Below, piece by piece: positions 29,734-49,149 of a DNA stretch of 64,000 nucleotides. Each line of letters begins with the position of its first letter. Position 1 is the stretch's first letter. Under the pieces are notes generated by a model, which saw only the letters and a list, made by a program, of their open reading frames with translations, made no database searches and was not told the origin of the DNA. A program made the position numbers and the translations under genes. Source of the stretch: Blastocystis sp. Blastoise (taxonomy: Eukaryota; Protista; Bigyra: Opalinata); contig JBBPEB010000032.1 in the NCBI GenBank assembly GCA_039096225.1, positions 496,001 through 560,000 on the forward strand. Reading direction: 5' to 3'.

Positions 29734-31809
29734 ATGCCTGTAAGAAATAGAAAACCTGTTAAGAACAATACTGTTCCTCAAGTTACTGAACCAGTTCCTG
29801 ATAGAATTTTAAGAGAAGTTACTGATATGTATACAAAACCTAATGTTCAACAAGGATTAGGAGAATATGGGTTACAAAGTATTGCTAAAGATTTAAATTC
29901 CTCTCTTTTAGTTCCTCGTAAGAAGGCTACTGTTCTTATTCTTGGTAATCATTCATCTGGAAAGTCTTCATTCATTAACTGTATTTCTTTTATTATAGAA
30001 TATATTCTATTTTTGTTTTCCCTCGCCATTTTTTTCTCATATTTTGTTAATTCCAAATATTTATATTTATATATGTTTATATGTAATCATAGGGTATGTT
30101 GGTGAAAATGTATTAGCTACAGGAGCTGCTGTTGAATCTCGTGGTTTTACCATTGTTACTTCTGGAGATAAATCTTGTCCTCCTATTAAAGGTGAAGGTA
30201 CTTTAAGTTATTTACCTCAATTAAAGGGTATAACTAAATTTGGTGTTGGTTTAATGGATAATTTAGAAACTGTAGTTTCTGTTTCTCAAGATCATTCTTT
30301 TAATTCTGTAGATTTAATTGATACTCCTGGTCTTGTTGATGGTTATATGGAATATCCTTTTGATGTGAATAATGTCCTTTTATATTTAGCTGATTATGCT
30401 GATTTAATACTAGTATTTTTAGATCCTCATGAACAAGCACTAGGTTCTAGAACCATGGAAGTTGTTGAAATGCTTAATGTATATTATTATATTGTTTATT
30501 ATATTGTTTATTATTATGTTTATTATGTTATTATATGTTTATTATTATGTTATTATATATTTACTATTATATTTATGTTTATTATTATATTTATGTTTAC
30601 TATTATATTTATAAGTTTATATTCGTATTTTTTTTTCTAAATTGAATTTTATTATCTATCATATATATATATAGAAGAATCATTCAAATAAGATGAGATA
30701 TTATTTGACTAAGATTGATACCGTTGAATCCCTTCAAGATATTATGAAGGTCTCTCAACAATTAACTCAAGTATAGTATTATGTTTATTATTATGTTTAT
30801 TATGTTTATTTTTGTGTTTATTATGTTTATTATTATTATTATTATTATGTTTATTATTATAATTCTATTTAATCTATATGATAAATATACATATATATAT
30901 AGAACTTGGCCCCTAGAGTAAAGAATACCCATGGCTGGGAAGTCCCTACTATATATCTACCTAAACGTCCTAATATGACAGAACAAGAAGAAGATTCACC
31001 TCTTAAAGATCTTAATAGAATTAACTACCTTTGTGATGATATTGATAGAGTAAAGATCTTATTATATTTATTATTATATTTATTATTATTATTATTTTTT
31101 TTTACTTATATCTATAATATATTTTTTATGATGATAGTAATATTTATTAATATATATATAGATAGTAAAACAAAAAGTTCAAGATAATTTAGAGCATTTA
31201 CAAGAAGATACTGAATCGTTAATAAAGAGATGTGATCGTAAAGTATCCAAAATAAATAAATGTCAATCTTGTTATTCATTTGTTCGAAGCTTTTATTATA
31301 TATTCCTTATTCTCTTTATATGTGTCTTTTTATTATGGTCTTATCATAGTATATATGAAAACTTTTATCAAGCTGAATCTTATTTTACATTATTATCTCC
31401 CTTGGTAGACTTTATTAAGAATGGTGGTTTTACACATTGGTGTAATAATGTTGTTAACTGTATTTATGATAATTATCCAAGCTATATTCAACAATATATC
31501 ACTCTTGATAAATGTATATATTATTATTATATTTATTATTATTATATTTATTATTATATTTATAATTATTATACTTATTATTATTATACTTATTATTATT
31601 ATTATTATTATTTATATATAGGTACTACATTGACTCTTTTAGTTATTGTTATTATAAATAAATTACTTTTAAAGTTCTTTGCATATAACGGTGATTTTGA
31701 ACGTAAAGAATTATTTGTTGAACATAATAATAATCTTAATTTAATGCTTAAGAAAAGAGAAGAATTATTTAATAAATTCTTATCTTCTTCTATAAAGAAG
31801 ACTCATTAA
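29734..31809 (+). CDS. Dynamin/EHD-like P-loop GTPase with two C-terminal TM helices
   Basis: VLILGNHSSGKSSFINWY (G1); LIDTPGLVDG (G3); YYLTKIDT (G4); hydrophobic segments near the C-terminus. Confidence 0.85.
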
Positions 31810-32372
31810 ATATAAGTATTTTATTAATAGTCTTTGGGGATTCAATACTATTTATATATATTGTACGATATATCATTCGTTTTGTTTTTTAATAATATAT
31901 TTTAAAATCATTCTTTTTGAATTAAATATCGACGTTAATAAGTTCACTTTATAATAGTTATATATATAATATATATATTATATTTGAAGTAGGACATATA
32001 ATATATACTAAAGTATTTGCTAGTATTATTCCAATTAGAGATCAATTGAATAAACAATTTTCAATTGATAATTATTATTCATACAGTTCTTTCATGAATA
32101 ACAATAATGAAAACATCTTTTTATATAGATAACTAAAAGAGTTTTTTTCTTGTTCAAAAATATATATATATATATTTGTATATATTTCATACATAATTGT
32201 AAATATGTCAATTCTATATGCTATAAAATATAAAAACAAAACTAGTAATAAATATTATGGTTAATAAAAATGATAAAAATTATAGAATAAATTATATATA
32301 TATAACTATGAATGAATTCATCATAAGAAAGAAATGAAAAACTATATTTATTATATATATATATAATTATAT

Positions 32373-34104
32373 TCATTTAGAAATACATTCTTCGCATAAG
32401 AAAGGTCCTCCAGCAGTTATAAGTCTTTCATTCACAAATGTAAATGTATATATAGGAGTTGTTTTAGTAGAATGAGAAGATAATAATTGAAGACTAATTG
32501 TATTATCATTTAATAAATATGAATTGTGTGTTTGTGTTTCTGGGGGATCTGAGGATTCAGTTGGATCTAATTCCATATCTTGAGGATGTGTCAGAGAAGG
32601 TAAATCTGGAGTCTAAATATAAATAATATTTATTTATTTATATTATATAGAATAATAATTATATATTTATATATAACATATAGAATAATAATAATATAAT
32701 CTACCTATATAAAGCATACAATAATTATATATATATATATACAAGTGTAGATATTTGCCATATTTTGAGTGTATAGTCAAGTGATGATGACGCTAATAAT
32801 AATCCACTTGGAGAGAAGGCAAGATATGTAATGGACTATAATATATATATATATAATCGATACACATAAGGATAATATATAATAAATGATAAATAATATA
32901 TACAATTAATAATAAATATAATAAATAGAATAAATAGAATAAATAGAATAAATAATAAATAGAATAAATATATTAACTATAATAAATGATATTTCACTCC
33001 TAATAACAAATAATACTAAGTATAATATATATATATATACCTTATTATGTGCTTGTTGAGATTGAACTATTCGACCAGTAGCGATATTAAATATATATAT
33101 ATATCCATTATATGTAGAAGCAGCCAAGTAATTCCCGCGGGGATGGAAGCATAAGGCAGTAATACGGGGATAAGGGGTCACGAATAATCGTAAAATATCA
33201 CTATAATCATAGGATTAATAATAGCATAGTATATATATATGTAAGATTGATATATCAGTATTAGTTAAATAACAGTAATATATATATATATAACTATATA
33301 TATACGCATTTTGTATGCCCCAGAAACGAATGGATTTATCAATAGAGCCAGTTGCTATGTACAAACCGTTAGGATGCCAAGCACAGCACGTGACGTCCAT
33401 CGAATGACCCGTGAAGATTCGAACAGGGGATATCATATTTGTGTACCATAAACGAGCTGTTGTATCCAATGAAGTGGAGAGGAAGCACGTGGATTTAGGA
33501 GAGAAACACGTGCTCCAGATTGGTCCAGAATGGCTTGTATATGTGACGAGACACGTTGAAGTTTGAACACTCCAGAGTTTTACGGTTTTATCGTTAGATC
33601 CAGAGATGACGTAGAGTCCGTCATTGGAAATATCCAATGAATATATTGATGACGTATGACCTATTAATATACTATGTTTTGGTTTAAATAAACTTGAGAG
33701 TGCTCCAATTCCAGATTTATTCGCGGGGATTTCTTCATGTTCATTTGTATTCTTCATATTCATAGGAGTAGAGTTACTGTCAGTAACTCTTTGTGATGTA
33801 GTTATACTTGAAGAAGAAGATGATGATGATGAGTATCGCCATATATGAATTTTACTATCCTGAGTGCCCACAGCTATCTATATATAAACATATATTTGTT
33901 ACATTATGTTTATTATTATTATATATACTATTATTATATATATTATATAGATTATATATATTATATATATATTATTGTATAAAAATACTGTTTGAACATC
34001 TTTTGAGATTTTCATGCACGTGACTTTGCTATCTGTGTTTAACATTGTTACAAACGCAATTGAGGGTAATAACGGGACATTATCTCGTAATACTGGAAGT
34101 GGAA

Positions 34105-34140
<36 letters not shown>

Positions 34141-34545
34141 TTTTAAGAATGTTCAAAAATCACAGTAATAAAAAGTTAAAATATAAAATCTTATTATTAT
34201 ATTATTATTATATATATATATATACATTTCGTTTATTATCTTCAGTTTCATTGACGACCCAAGCGAGTGCTTCTTCAAGTTTATAACTATTTAACAAATC
34301 ATATGCATCCTTTCGTAGAGGAACATCTATATATATATATATATATATTAATTGATTATGAGCAAGAAAAATATATTCATTATATATATATATATATTAT
34401 GATTATGATAATAGATTTATATATATATATATATACTTTGTTCGGGTTTAACTTGTTTATCATCATATTGTTGAAATGAAATATACTATATATAAATATA
34501 TATATAATAATAAAGAATAATAAATATTATTATTAAGAGATTCTA

Positions 34546-34582
<37 letters not shown>

Positions 34583-35474
34583 TATCTATACATTATTGAT
34601 TCTAGAGATTAATGATTGCATTAAATTATCATTTAAATAATTCAAAAGAAGTAAATAAGAAGTAGTAGAAATCGAAAGAATAGTTTTCTTTGTTGTTAAA
34701 TCATTCATAAATGCACTACAACTAATCTATATACATATATATATTTGAAATAGTTTTTTATAAAACTATAATTATAATAAATTATTTAAAAAAAAGATTA
34801 ATATATATATATTTGAAATAATTATTTATATAATGATAACAATAATAAATTAATATAAAAAAGATTAATATATATATACAGAGGGTGGGCTAATCATATT
34901 ATTTTTAGTTTGAGAATAATAAGTGTTAACCATTTTAAGTTCTTCATTATGATCTAATAAGAATTCTTGTTTATATTTATCATAAAAAATAGGTGCTTGT
35001 ACAGGATTATAAGAAGCAATATCAATATAAGTATAAAGAAACATATAATAAGCAATACTTTTCAATTCAGGCTAAGAAATATAGATTAGTATTATTGAGA
35101 TTCTATTATATTAAAGAAATATACCTTATACATATCTAATGAATTACAATAAAATTGAAATAACAAATCATATTCTACTTCTAAGCGTTCAAGAAAACCA
35201 TCTGTTTGAGTTTTACCTCGAGCTTTTAAGAAAAATTGTGATTTTTCTATATTGTCAACCCATTGAACAACTCTGAATGGCTCACTGTTATTTAATTTCT
35301 AGAAAATGATTAAAACATGTTAACTAATGGTAATAAGAAACATATACTCTCTGCTTTAATTCCTCTGCAGTTATATAATATCCAGCCTTAGCTAATTGTT
35401 CTGCTAAAAACCTAAATAGAATAAGAAATTTTGAAAGGAGAGGAACATAAATCTTACTTGTCATTATCTTCCAT
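32373..35474 (-). CDS. TAF5: TFIID subunit TAF5-like (NTD2 plus WD40)
   Basis: NSLDMYKPELKSIAYYMFLYTYIDI (NTD2); LPSIAFVTMLN; LIGHTSSIY...SGSNDKTVKLWS; ARLWYTNMISPVRIFTGHSMDVTCCAWHPNGLYIATGSIDKSIRFW. Confidence 0.9.
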
Positions 35475-35702
35475 TTGTCTGATATTCTTCTATATATATA
35501 TGAATTGAAAATATGAATAACAATCTATTCTGAAATGAGATTGGAACAGTGAAACCAAAACAAAAATGTTTTTTAAATTGTGTAGATTTTTCTAGTTTTA
35601 TTCAATTTTTCTCTATGAACAATAGAATAATCTTGATTTCGCCTTTTGTGTACTTATTTTTTGTTTTCTCTTTATATAAACTATATATCATACGTTTATT
35701 TC

Positions 35703-37236
35703 ATGATGAAAAGTATCCAATTATGCTTATCCTTAAAGAAAGAACTGATTCATTCGGTATCAAGTCGCTCTATGTCATATATGTCACTCAATTATAATAC
35801 TTTACGATCAAGGCATTCAGAATTATTTAGATATATTCCTGATAAATTCAAAGAAATGATGAGAATTAAAGTAATTAAATTTGATGAACCAATGCCCTGG
35901 AAATGTGAAGGATATCCATCTCATATATTCTTAGACACTTTTCAGAATCAATTAAGCAGATATTCACAATATGGAGAATGTATTTACTATTTGTATAAAA
36001 GATATTACACACCAATCTAGTTGTATGTCCAGAGTGTTTTCCAAATAAGATCCTTCTACGGCAATATTTATCTACAGTTCATCCTAGATCTATTGCTTAT
36101 TGGGATTATGAACGAAATCATTTCATAGATCCTTGGAATGTCTATCAGAATAGTCGTGATCAAGTTTGGTGGAAATGCCCTTGCAATGAAGATCATCATT
36201 ATTTACAGAATATCAATACTGCTGTTCGAAATAACTTTAGAGGTATGTAATTATTTTTTATAACTTTTTGTTGTTGATTTTTTTTTTCTTGGATTATTAT
36301 CATAGATATATATAATCATTAACTTTTATAAATTTGAATACATAAAGATCTATATATGTGTATAGGATGCCCATATTGTGATAAGCAACGAAATACTGAT
36401 GTAGAAACTAATAATGAATCCATTAGGTATATATAGTATATTTTTTGTTATTATTGTTAGTTTTTAATATTACTATTATTACTGTTATTATTATAAAAAA
36501 AAATCTATTATATTCTATATATAAATTTAATACATAGAAATACACAGTCAAAATTATTAAAGGATTTATTTCCAGAAATATATGAAGAATTCGATATCGA
36601 ATTAAATCCTTATTTGAATCGAGACACAATTACTGCAAAATGTAACGAATATGTTCAATGGAAATGTCGTCATAATCCCACTCATATTTGGCGGGCACAA
36701 GTGTGTAATCGAACAAAACCTAATTCTTGTATATTATATATATAATATTTATTATATGAATTATATTGAAATTAAAGTTCAATTATTGATTTCTAATAAT
36801 AATAATAATGTATAAAATATTCTATTATTATTATTATTATTATTGTTATATATATATATAGCGTGTCCCTATTGTAATGGTAGCTATTTACAAACACAAA
36901 ACTCATTTCAAGCATTATTCCCGCGATTAGCAGAAGAATTTGATTCGGACTTAAATTCTCTGAAAGCCTCTGAATATCATCCTTATAGTAATCAACGTGT
37001 TTGGTGGAAATGCCGCGAGAATTCAAATCATGTTTGGGAAGATACGATTTCTAGAAGAACTCAAGGATCTGGTATAAATATATTAATAATTTAATTTAAT
37101 TATCTTCTTTTCTTAATATTTATAAGTAATATTAGTTTTTTTAAATAAATATTCATATCTTTTTTAGAATATATATACATAATAAATATATATTATTATT
37201 TTATATAGAATTTATTATCTAATGAATAATCCATAA

Positions 37237-37282
<46 letters not shown>

Positions 37283-37749
37283 CCTATATGTCTTCATGAT
37301 AAAAATAAAAAACATCCAAAAATATATATAAATACACTTCCTGATTTTATATCCTTAATCTATAGCAATTCAAAGAATCAAAGAAATGCTCAATGGAACC
37401 CCAAAAATGATGCTATTCTTTCTATATATAAATCAAATGCTTCATTATTATCTGAAAATAACCGTGATTATCAATCGTTAACAACAAAATCAAGAAAGTC
37501 TCTTTATTGGTATTGTAATAAACATAATTACATATATAAATGTTCAGTAGTTCAAATGTATACTGCGTATATAAATGGTATGTATATATATAATATTATA
37601 TTATATATTTATTTTGATCAAAATAAATTTTAAATCTGAATCTTTTTTTAAATAAATATATAAATATATATAAATATATAGGAAGTCCAAAATGTCCTTT
37701 GTGTTTAAAGGATATAAATATGGGTTTACTTAATAATCATCCTGATTAA
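35703..37749 (+). CDS. Protein with about 5 treble-clef Zn-ribbon repeats (DUF4379-like), possibly mitochondrion-targeted
   Basis: WKC-x4-5-H...CPxC units: WKCEGYPSH..CPEC, WWKCPCNEDH..CPYC, WKCRHNPTHIW..CPYC, WWKCRENSNHVW..CPIC, YWYCNKH..CPLC. Confidence 0.8.
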
Positions 37750-38031
37750 ATATATATATATATTTATATATAATTTGTTTAGTTATAATATATTCATAAA
37801 TAATCAATAGTCATATTAATACCAACCCCATAATAAATATATATAATTAAATCTGTAATTATTCACTTTGTCAGTAGTTACAAAAGAAAACATTCTTTTA
37901 AATTTTAGCAACAAACAACAATACATATATCTAGACTACAGTTTTCTTTATAATAAAAAACATTTGAAAAAATAAAAAAAATCGTAAGTATGAAATAATG
38001 ATTATTTATAAAATGAATAATATAAATTTCT

Positions 38032-40967
<2,936 letters not shown>

Positions 40968-42257
40968 GATTTGATTGGATGATTATTCCACTTCTCTTTG
41001 GAGAAATGAAATTCACATTGATTTTTTTAATTTTGTATAGGATGGTTTGCAATGGTTATAATGAGATAGTCTATGTAACTATATATATATACTCATCTAT
41101 ATAATATCTAGTTTGTCCATTTATTGATTCATAATAAAATTGCAAATTACACAAGCACCGCCAAATGAATTTCTTTGCTCATATCTTTCGGTAATCATTA
41201 TTTTGATTTATTTGATTGATTTCGATTGCTCTGAGGAATATTTTAGGTTGATTAGAAGTATAGAAGAATTAAAGGCAGTTATGGAATATAAAAAAACGTT
41301 TTCAACTATCAATAAAAGTGATCTAGATAGTAACCTAATAGTGAAATTTATATTAGATGCAGATTCACAATAAGATAACTATAATTCAAGGGAAACGCAC
41401 AATTCGTGTTATATAGTTATTTGAGTTCCTATACGTATACTGTTTCGTTCAGTCTCTTAGTATTGATTTATGGAAATTTATGGATAAATATCCTTTATTA
41501 AGAGCATTTCAAAATGAAATTAGAAAGAAAAGTATTTGAAATGCAATATAAGCTTTCTGACTACATGAAATAGAGTCAAGAAACAAAGAGATAATAAAAT
41601 GATATCGATGATATACTTTATAGAGACAATTTTTAGAAAAACATCGCGAATTCTGTTCAAATAAGCTAGTCTAATTTTTTATTATGTAACTAAGTTTAGG
41701 AATTTGTTTTTAGTCATAATTCATTATTCTCATGTCGAATACAACTGTTTCTCTAAATATATTAAATAATCGATTTCCAGGTGAAATATGATATACATGA
41801 TCGTATAATGACTATATGAAATATCCAACTTATAATTGATTCCTGTACTAGAATATCATTTACAATTAGTAAAAGAACAAAATAAATAGAAATATGGAAT
41901 GATGGGAAATGCCGAAGTTCAACTTGATGTTTTCAATTCAACCCTTTTAAGCCAATTATTTACGATAATCAATAACAACCTATCAAATGTCATAAAATGA
42001 AGACCATTATCCAATCAAAAAGAAGAGAACTCAGGTTTTCCATATTCAAATAGAAGTTCTTTTTCTGGAGGATTGTGTTAGTGTATTTGCCTTATAAGAA
42101 TCGATATCTTGGGAAATAATGTAAGAATAGCGGTGTTTTAGAGGAAAAATCAAGGAAAATTCTTAAACTCAAACCTCATTATTAAAACCATACGAAACTA
42201 CGATCTATCCAAGATTTTTATTGATTCTTATATATTAAAAACAACAACAAAGTTAAG

Positions 42258-42953
42258 ATGAGTAGCGTTAAAAAGCCTATTGATAATATTGAAGACATGG
42301 CAAGAGGTGCTCCAAAGAAAGCTGACATCAGAATTGATCGTCTTTTTGTTTCTTCTATGCTTGCTGGTGCTTATATTGGTATTGGTGGTACTGTAGCTGC
42401 TGTATGTGCTTCTGGTCACACAAATGCTGTTGTATCCAAAATTCTTTTCAGCTTATTTTTCCCTATTGCTCTTACAATTGTTGCCATCGGTATATATGCA
42501 TTGGAATTTACATTTATATATAAGTTTCTAATCATTGTAACTATTTTGCGTATATATAGCTGGTTCTGAATTATTCACTGGTAACGTTGGATCTATGACT
42601 TATGGTTTATTAGGAAAAACAACTACTTGGATGCAAGTTCTTAAAAGTCTTCTTGTTTCTTATATAGGTAACTTTGTTGGATCTTCTTTATTTGTCTGGT
42701 GTATTATGGTTCCTTGTGGTACATTTGATAGTGATCCTTATAAAAGTTGGGTAGTGAATCTCGCTGTAACTAAAACAACATATTCTTGGGGAAGAGCTTT
42801 AATGAAAGGTATTGCTTGTAATTGGCTTGTCAATCTTGCTCTTTGGATGGCTGCATTCTATAGTGATGCTGTTAATAAGGCTGTTTGTATTTGGGTAGCT
42901 ATATTTTCTTTCTGTGCTCTTGGATTTGAACATAGTGTTGCCAATATGACTAT

Positions 42954-43012
<59 letters not shown>

Positions 43013-43284
43013 CTATTATATTATATACTATTATATTATATTATATACTATTATATTATATTATATACTATTATATTATATTATATACTCTTATATACTA
43101 TTATATACTATTATATATTATTCTTATGTAACTTTATAGATTCCTCTTGGTATTCATTATGGTACTGTTACTTGGGGTCAATATTTATGGAATAATCTTA
43201 TTCCTGTCACTTTAGGTAATATGATTGGAGGTAGTTTATTAGTTGCTCTTCTTTACTGGTATATATATATTATTATTATTATTA

Positions 43285-43337
<53 letters not shown>

Positions 43338-43402
43338 GGTATATTCTTGGTTCTCCTGATGCTTCTAAAGATAGAAAGAGTGAACGAAAAAATCTTGTAT
43401 AA
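42258..43402 (+). CDS. Formate/nitrite transporter (FNT) family channel, 4 exons
   Basis: SSMLAGAYIGIG; FPIAL...AGSELFTGN; SYIGNFVG; KGIACNWLVNLALW; GFEHSVANM; NNLIPVTLGNMIGG. Confidence 0.93.
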
Positions 43403-43918
43403 TTGATACATATATATTAATATATATATATATATATAATTATTTCTTGTAAATTCATTATACTCTATTGATATTCTATACTCTACCTACTTTTATTATT
43501 GATACTATTGTTTCGTTGATCTGTTTATTGTCTTCATTCAAAATTATAAATTTATATCTTACACAAAATTATTTATGTTTATTAAAGTTATCACATTATG
43601 TAATACTGAGATACAGTTATCTTTTATAAACAAAATATAGAAAGAAAATTTTTATGGCATCCTTATTATTAATTCATAATATATAATGTGGGAATACTTT
43701 TAAATATCTAATAAAGACACCAAACACAGTTATGACACAATAAAAATATGTGGAAGCAACGATATAACCATAATTTTATATCATATTATGAAAAAAAAAT
43801 ATTTATAAATAAACATTAATGATCAAGAATAATATTTAAGAAAATAAATGTAGAAATTAAGTATATATATTTAAAAAAATTGGGTGTATATTTAAGAAAA
43901 GCAAAAGCTTATAATTAT

Positions 43919-46941
<3,023 letters not shown>

Positions 46942-48820
46942 TTCAAAATGAGAATGAAATACTATATAAAATACAATGAGAGAATTAAAAACAATAATGG
47001 AATAAAGACAAAGATAATTTCATCGTCTTTAACATCTGAATCTTAAGATCATAGGGAAACACCCTATATCCTCTAGAGAAAGAAAAAGAGAAACTAAAAA
47101 CATAGATTCTGAAGTGGAAAACGTTATCTTTTAAAAACGGATGTTGAAACAATCCTTATTCTTTTGGGGGATAAATGTCAAAAATGACATAATGAGCAAT
47201 GTAAATATTCTTATGTGATTCAATTAAATAACAATTAGTAATTATATATCTTATTCTACAGTTTCAGATACTTTAATAAATTATTTCATAAGAATTAGTG
47301 TCAATTGACATTTACAATGAATAATTGTATGTGTATGAAATACGAATAATATAAATCATTCATCTATTGTATATAAATAATACTTTCTAGGTTCATTGAT
47401 TATAAACATTTGAAAAAAAAATGTAAGTTTATATATAGCTAACGAAAATAATATCAAAAAGTCTCTTCAATTTCAAAAATATCATTTATCTTCAGTAAAT
47501 ATTGAATGTGAAAATAGATATAAATATATGTCATACCTATTAAATTTATATAAACAATAAAAGAATATTAAAAAATGATGATAGAGATAACAGTAACATA
47601 GTTATTATAAAAATATACATAATCAAAAATAATATACATAATTCCTTGTTTTAATTATATACATGTACTAACGTAGATTTAATCGAATAATGCTTTATAA
47701 TTATATATATATAAATGATAGTATATAGTTAGAAGCATCTTTCTTCATCTTATCATCAATGAATATATATATTTTTTCATTATTTTTATTACTGTATATA
47801 TATTGTTTAAACACTAGTAGATTTAACAATAATCTTGAAAGTATCATTTATCTCTTATATTATCTTCTTAAATAATAAATATACTAGGTACAATATATTT
47901 TCAATAAATTCCAAAGAAGTACTAGAATTTGTAAAATATCTGCTAATAAATAATATATATATTATTTCATATTTGTATCTAAAGATATAACAGTATTTTA
48001 AAGTACAAAAAAACAATAATATATTAAAAATAGTCAACTTACAGATATATTTAATATATAATTTGACTTGATTCTGTTTTATACTTTCATCATGTATATA
48101 ATATCAACATAATATTTACTTAAATTTTCTGAATCACCACATTTGTGTGATATTGCTTCTGATTCTGATTGCTCTGAATATCTTTTAATTTGTTTCGTCA
48201 CTTGTAGGTATGTATAAGAATATTTCTTTTCCTTTTTAGCTTTTCTATTTGTTTGACTGATACATAAAATGCTTTTAAAGCATTTTGTTTCTCGTTATCC
48301 AGCTTATTTCATGCTCTCCAATCAATATTTATATCAATCAATCTTTATCAATGCTTCTAATAGCAACAATTCAAAATTGAAAGAATGAAAAAAATTTCTG
48401 AATAAAAATGAATAATAACGGAGTCTAAAATAAATTCCCGTAAATGTAGTTTAATCACTTAGATTCTTTTTCATTTTTCTTTATTATAGTAACGTATTTT
48501 GAAAATTCATATGAATTTAATTAATTAAAATTATTTGTCTATATAGTTACACATGCTTACATACTAAAACTTATCTCACGTGCTCCATTTTTTTTATCAT
48601 TTTTCTAATTTTCATTCCCAATTTATTGAATTCGTTTAGTAAAGCATTCTGTCATTATCTAGAGCATTCAAATCATATCCTTGATTATTGTTTTTCTGTT
48701 TTTCAATTAATAAGTCTTGATTTCTTTAATTATGTACACAAAAATCTAATCACTACATTTTACGAACCTCATTCAATATTAGATGATCATCTCTATAAAA
48801 ATAAATATAAAAATTTGTCG

Positions 48821-48937
48821 AAAAAAGGGTCAGATGTTCCGAAGAACACGGCTGAAACCTCGTGTGAATGGTAGGGATAAACCCTAATCTCGTCCTTATC
48901 GAGGGAGATGCTAACCTTCTCTCGGCTCAACGTACAC
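48821..48937 (-). ncRNA. U6atac: U6atac snRNA (minor spliceosome)
   Basis: Minus strand GTGTACGTTGAGCCGAGAGAAGGTTAGCATCTCCCTCGATAAGGACG...CATCTGACCCTTTTTT: conserved GAGAGAAGGTTAGCA core, internal stem-loop, 3' stem-loops and a T6 Pol III terminator. Confidence 0.92.
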
Positions 48938-48958
48938 AACTGCTTTTTCACATTTTTC

Positions 48959-48969
48959 TCTATTTATGG
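48959..48969 (-). promoter_or_regulatory. TATA-like Pol III element CCATAAATAGA upstream of U6atac
   Basis: 10/11 identical to the element upstream of U6 and at the same 22-nt offset from the inferred start. Confidence 0.7.
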
Positions 48970-49149
48970 TTACGTTTCTAGTTCAACATTTTGATTAGAA
49001 GTTTATATTTTTTATAATATTTGCTCATAATTACTTAGAAATCATCATTTTCAAAACAAAACCACATTGTTTACATTCTACAACTGTGAATTTATAGATT
49101 AATAACAAGATTAATACATTTAAAAGCAACATAATGATGACAAAAAAGT

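Noticed and set aside
30352-30360. ATATCCTTT U12-like donor in the GTPase gene (similar hits near 37349 and 59050)
   Set aside because: These lie inside uninterrupted coding frames (EYPFD etc.) with no need for an intron.
41140-41373. 77-aa ORF upstream of FNT
   Set aside because: TTG start, no recognisable motif and no supportable exon chain.
48120-48335. Purine-rich, coding-looking stretch on the minus strand
   Set aside because: It is interrupted by TGA stops and has no recognisable homology; too weak to call a pseudogene.
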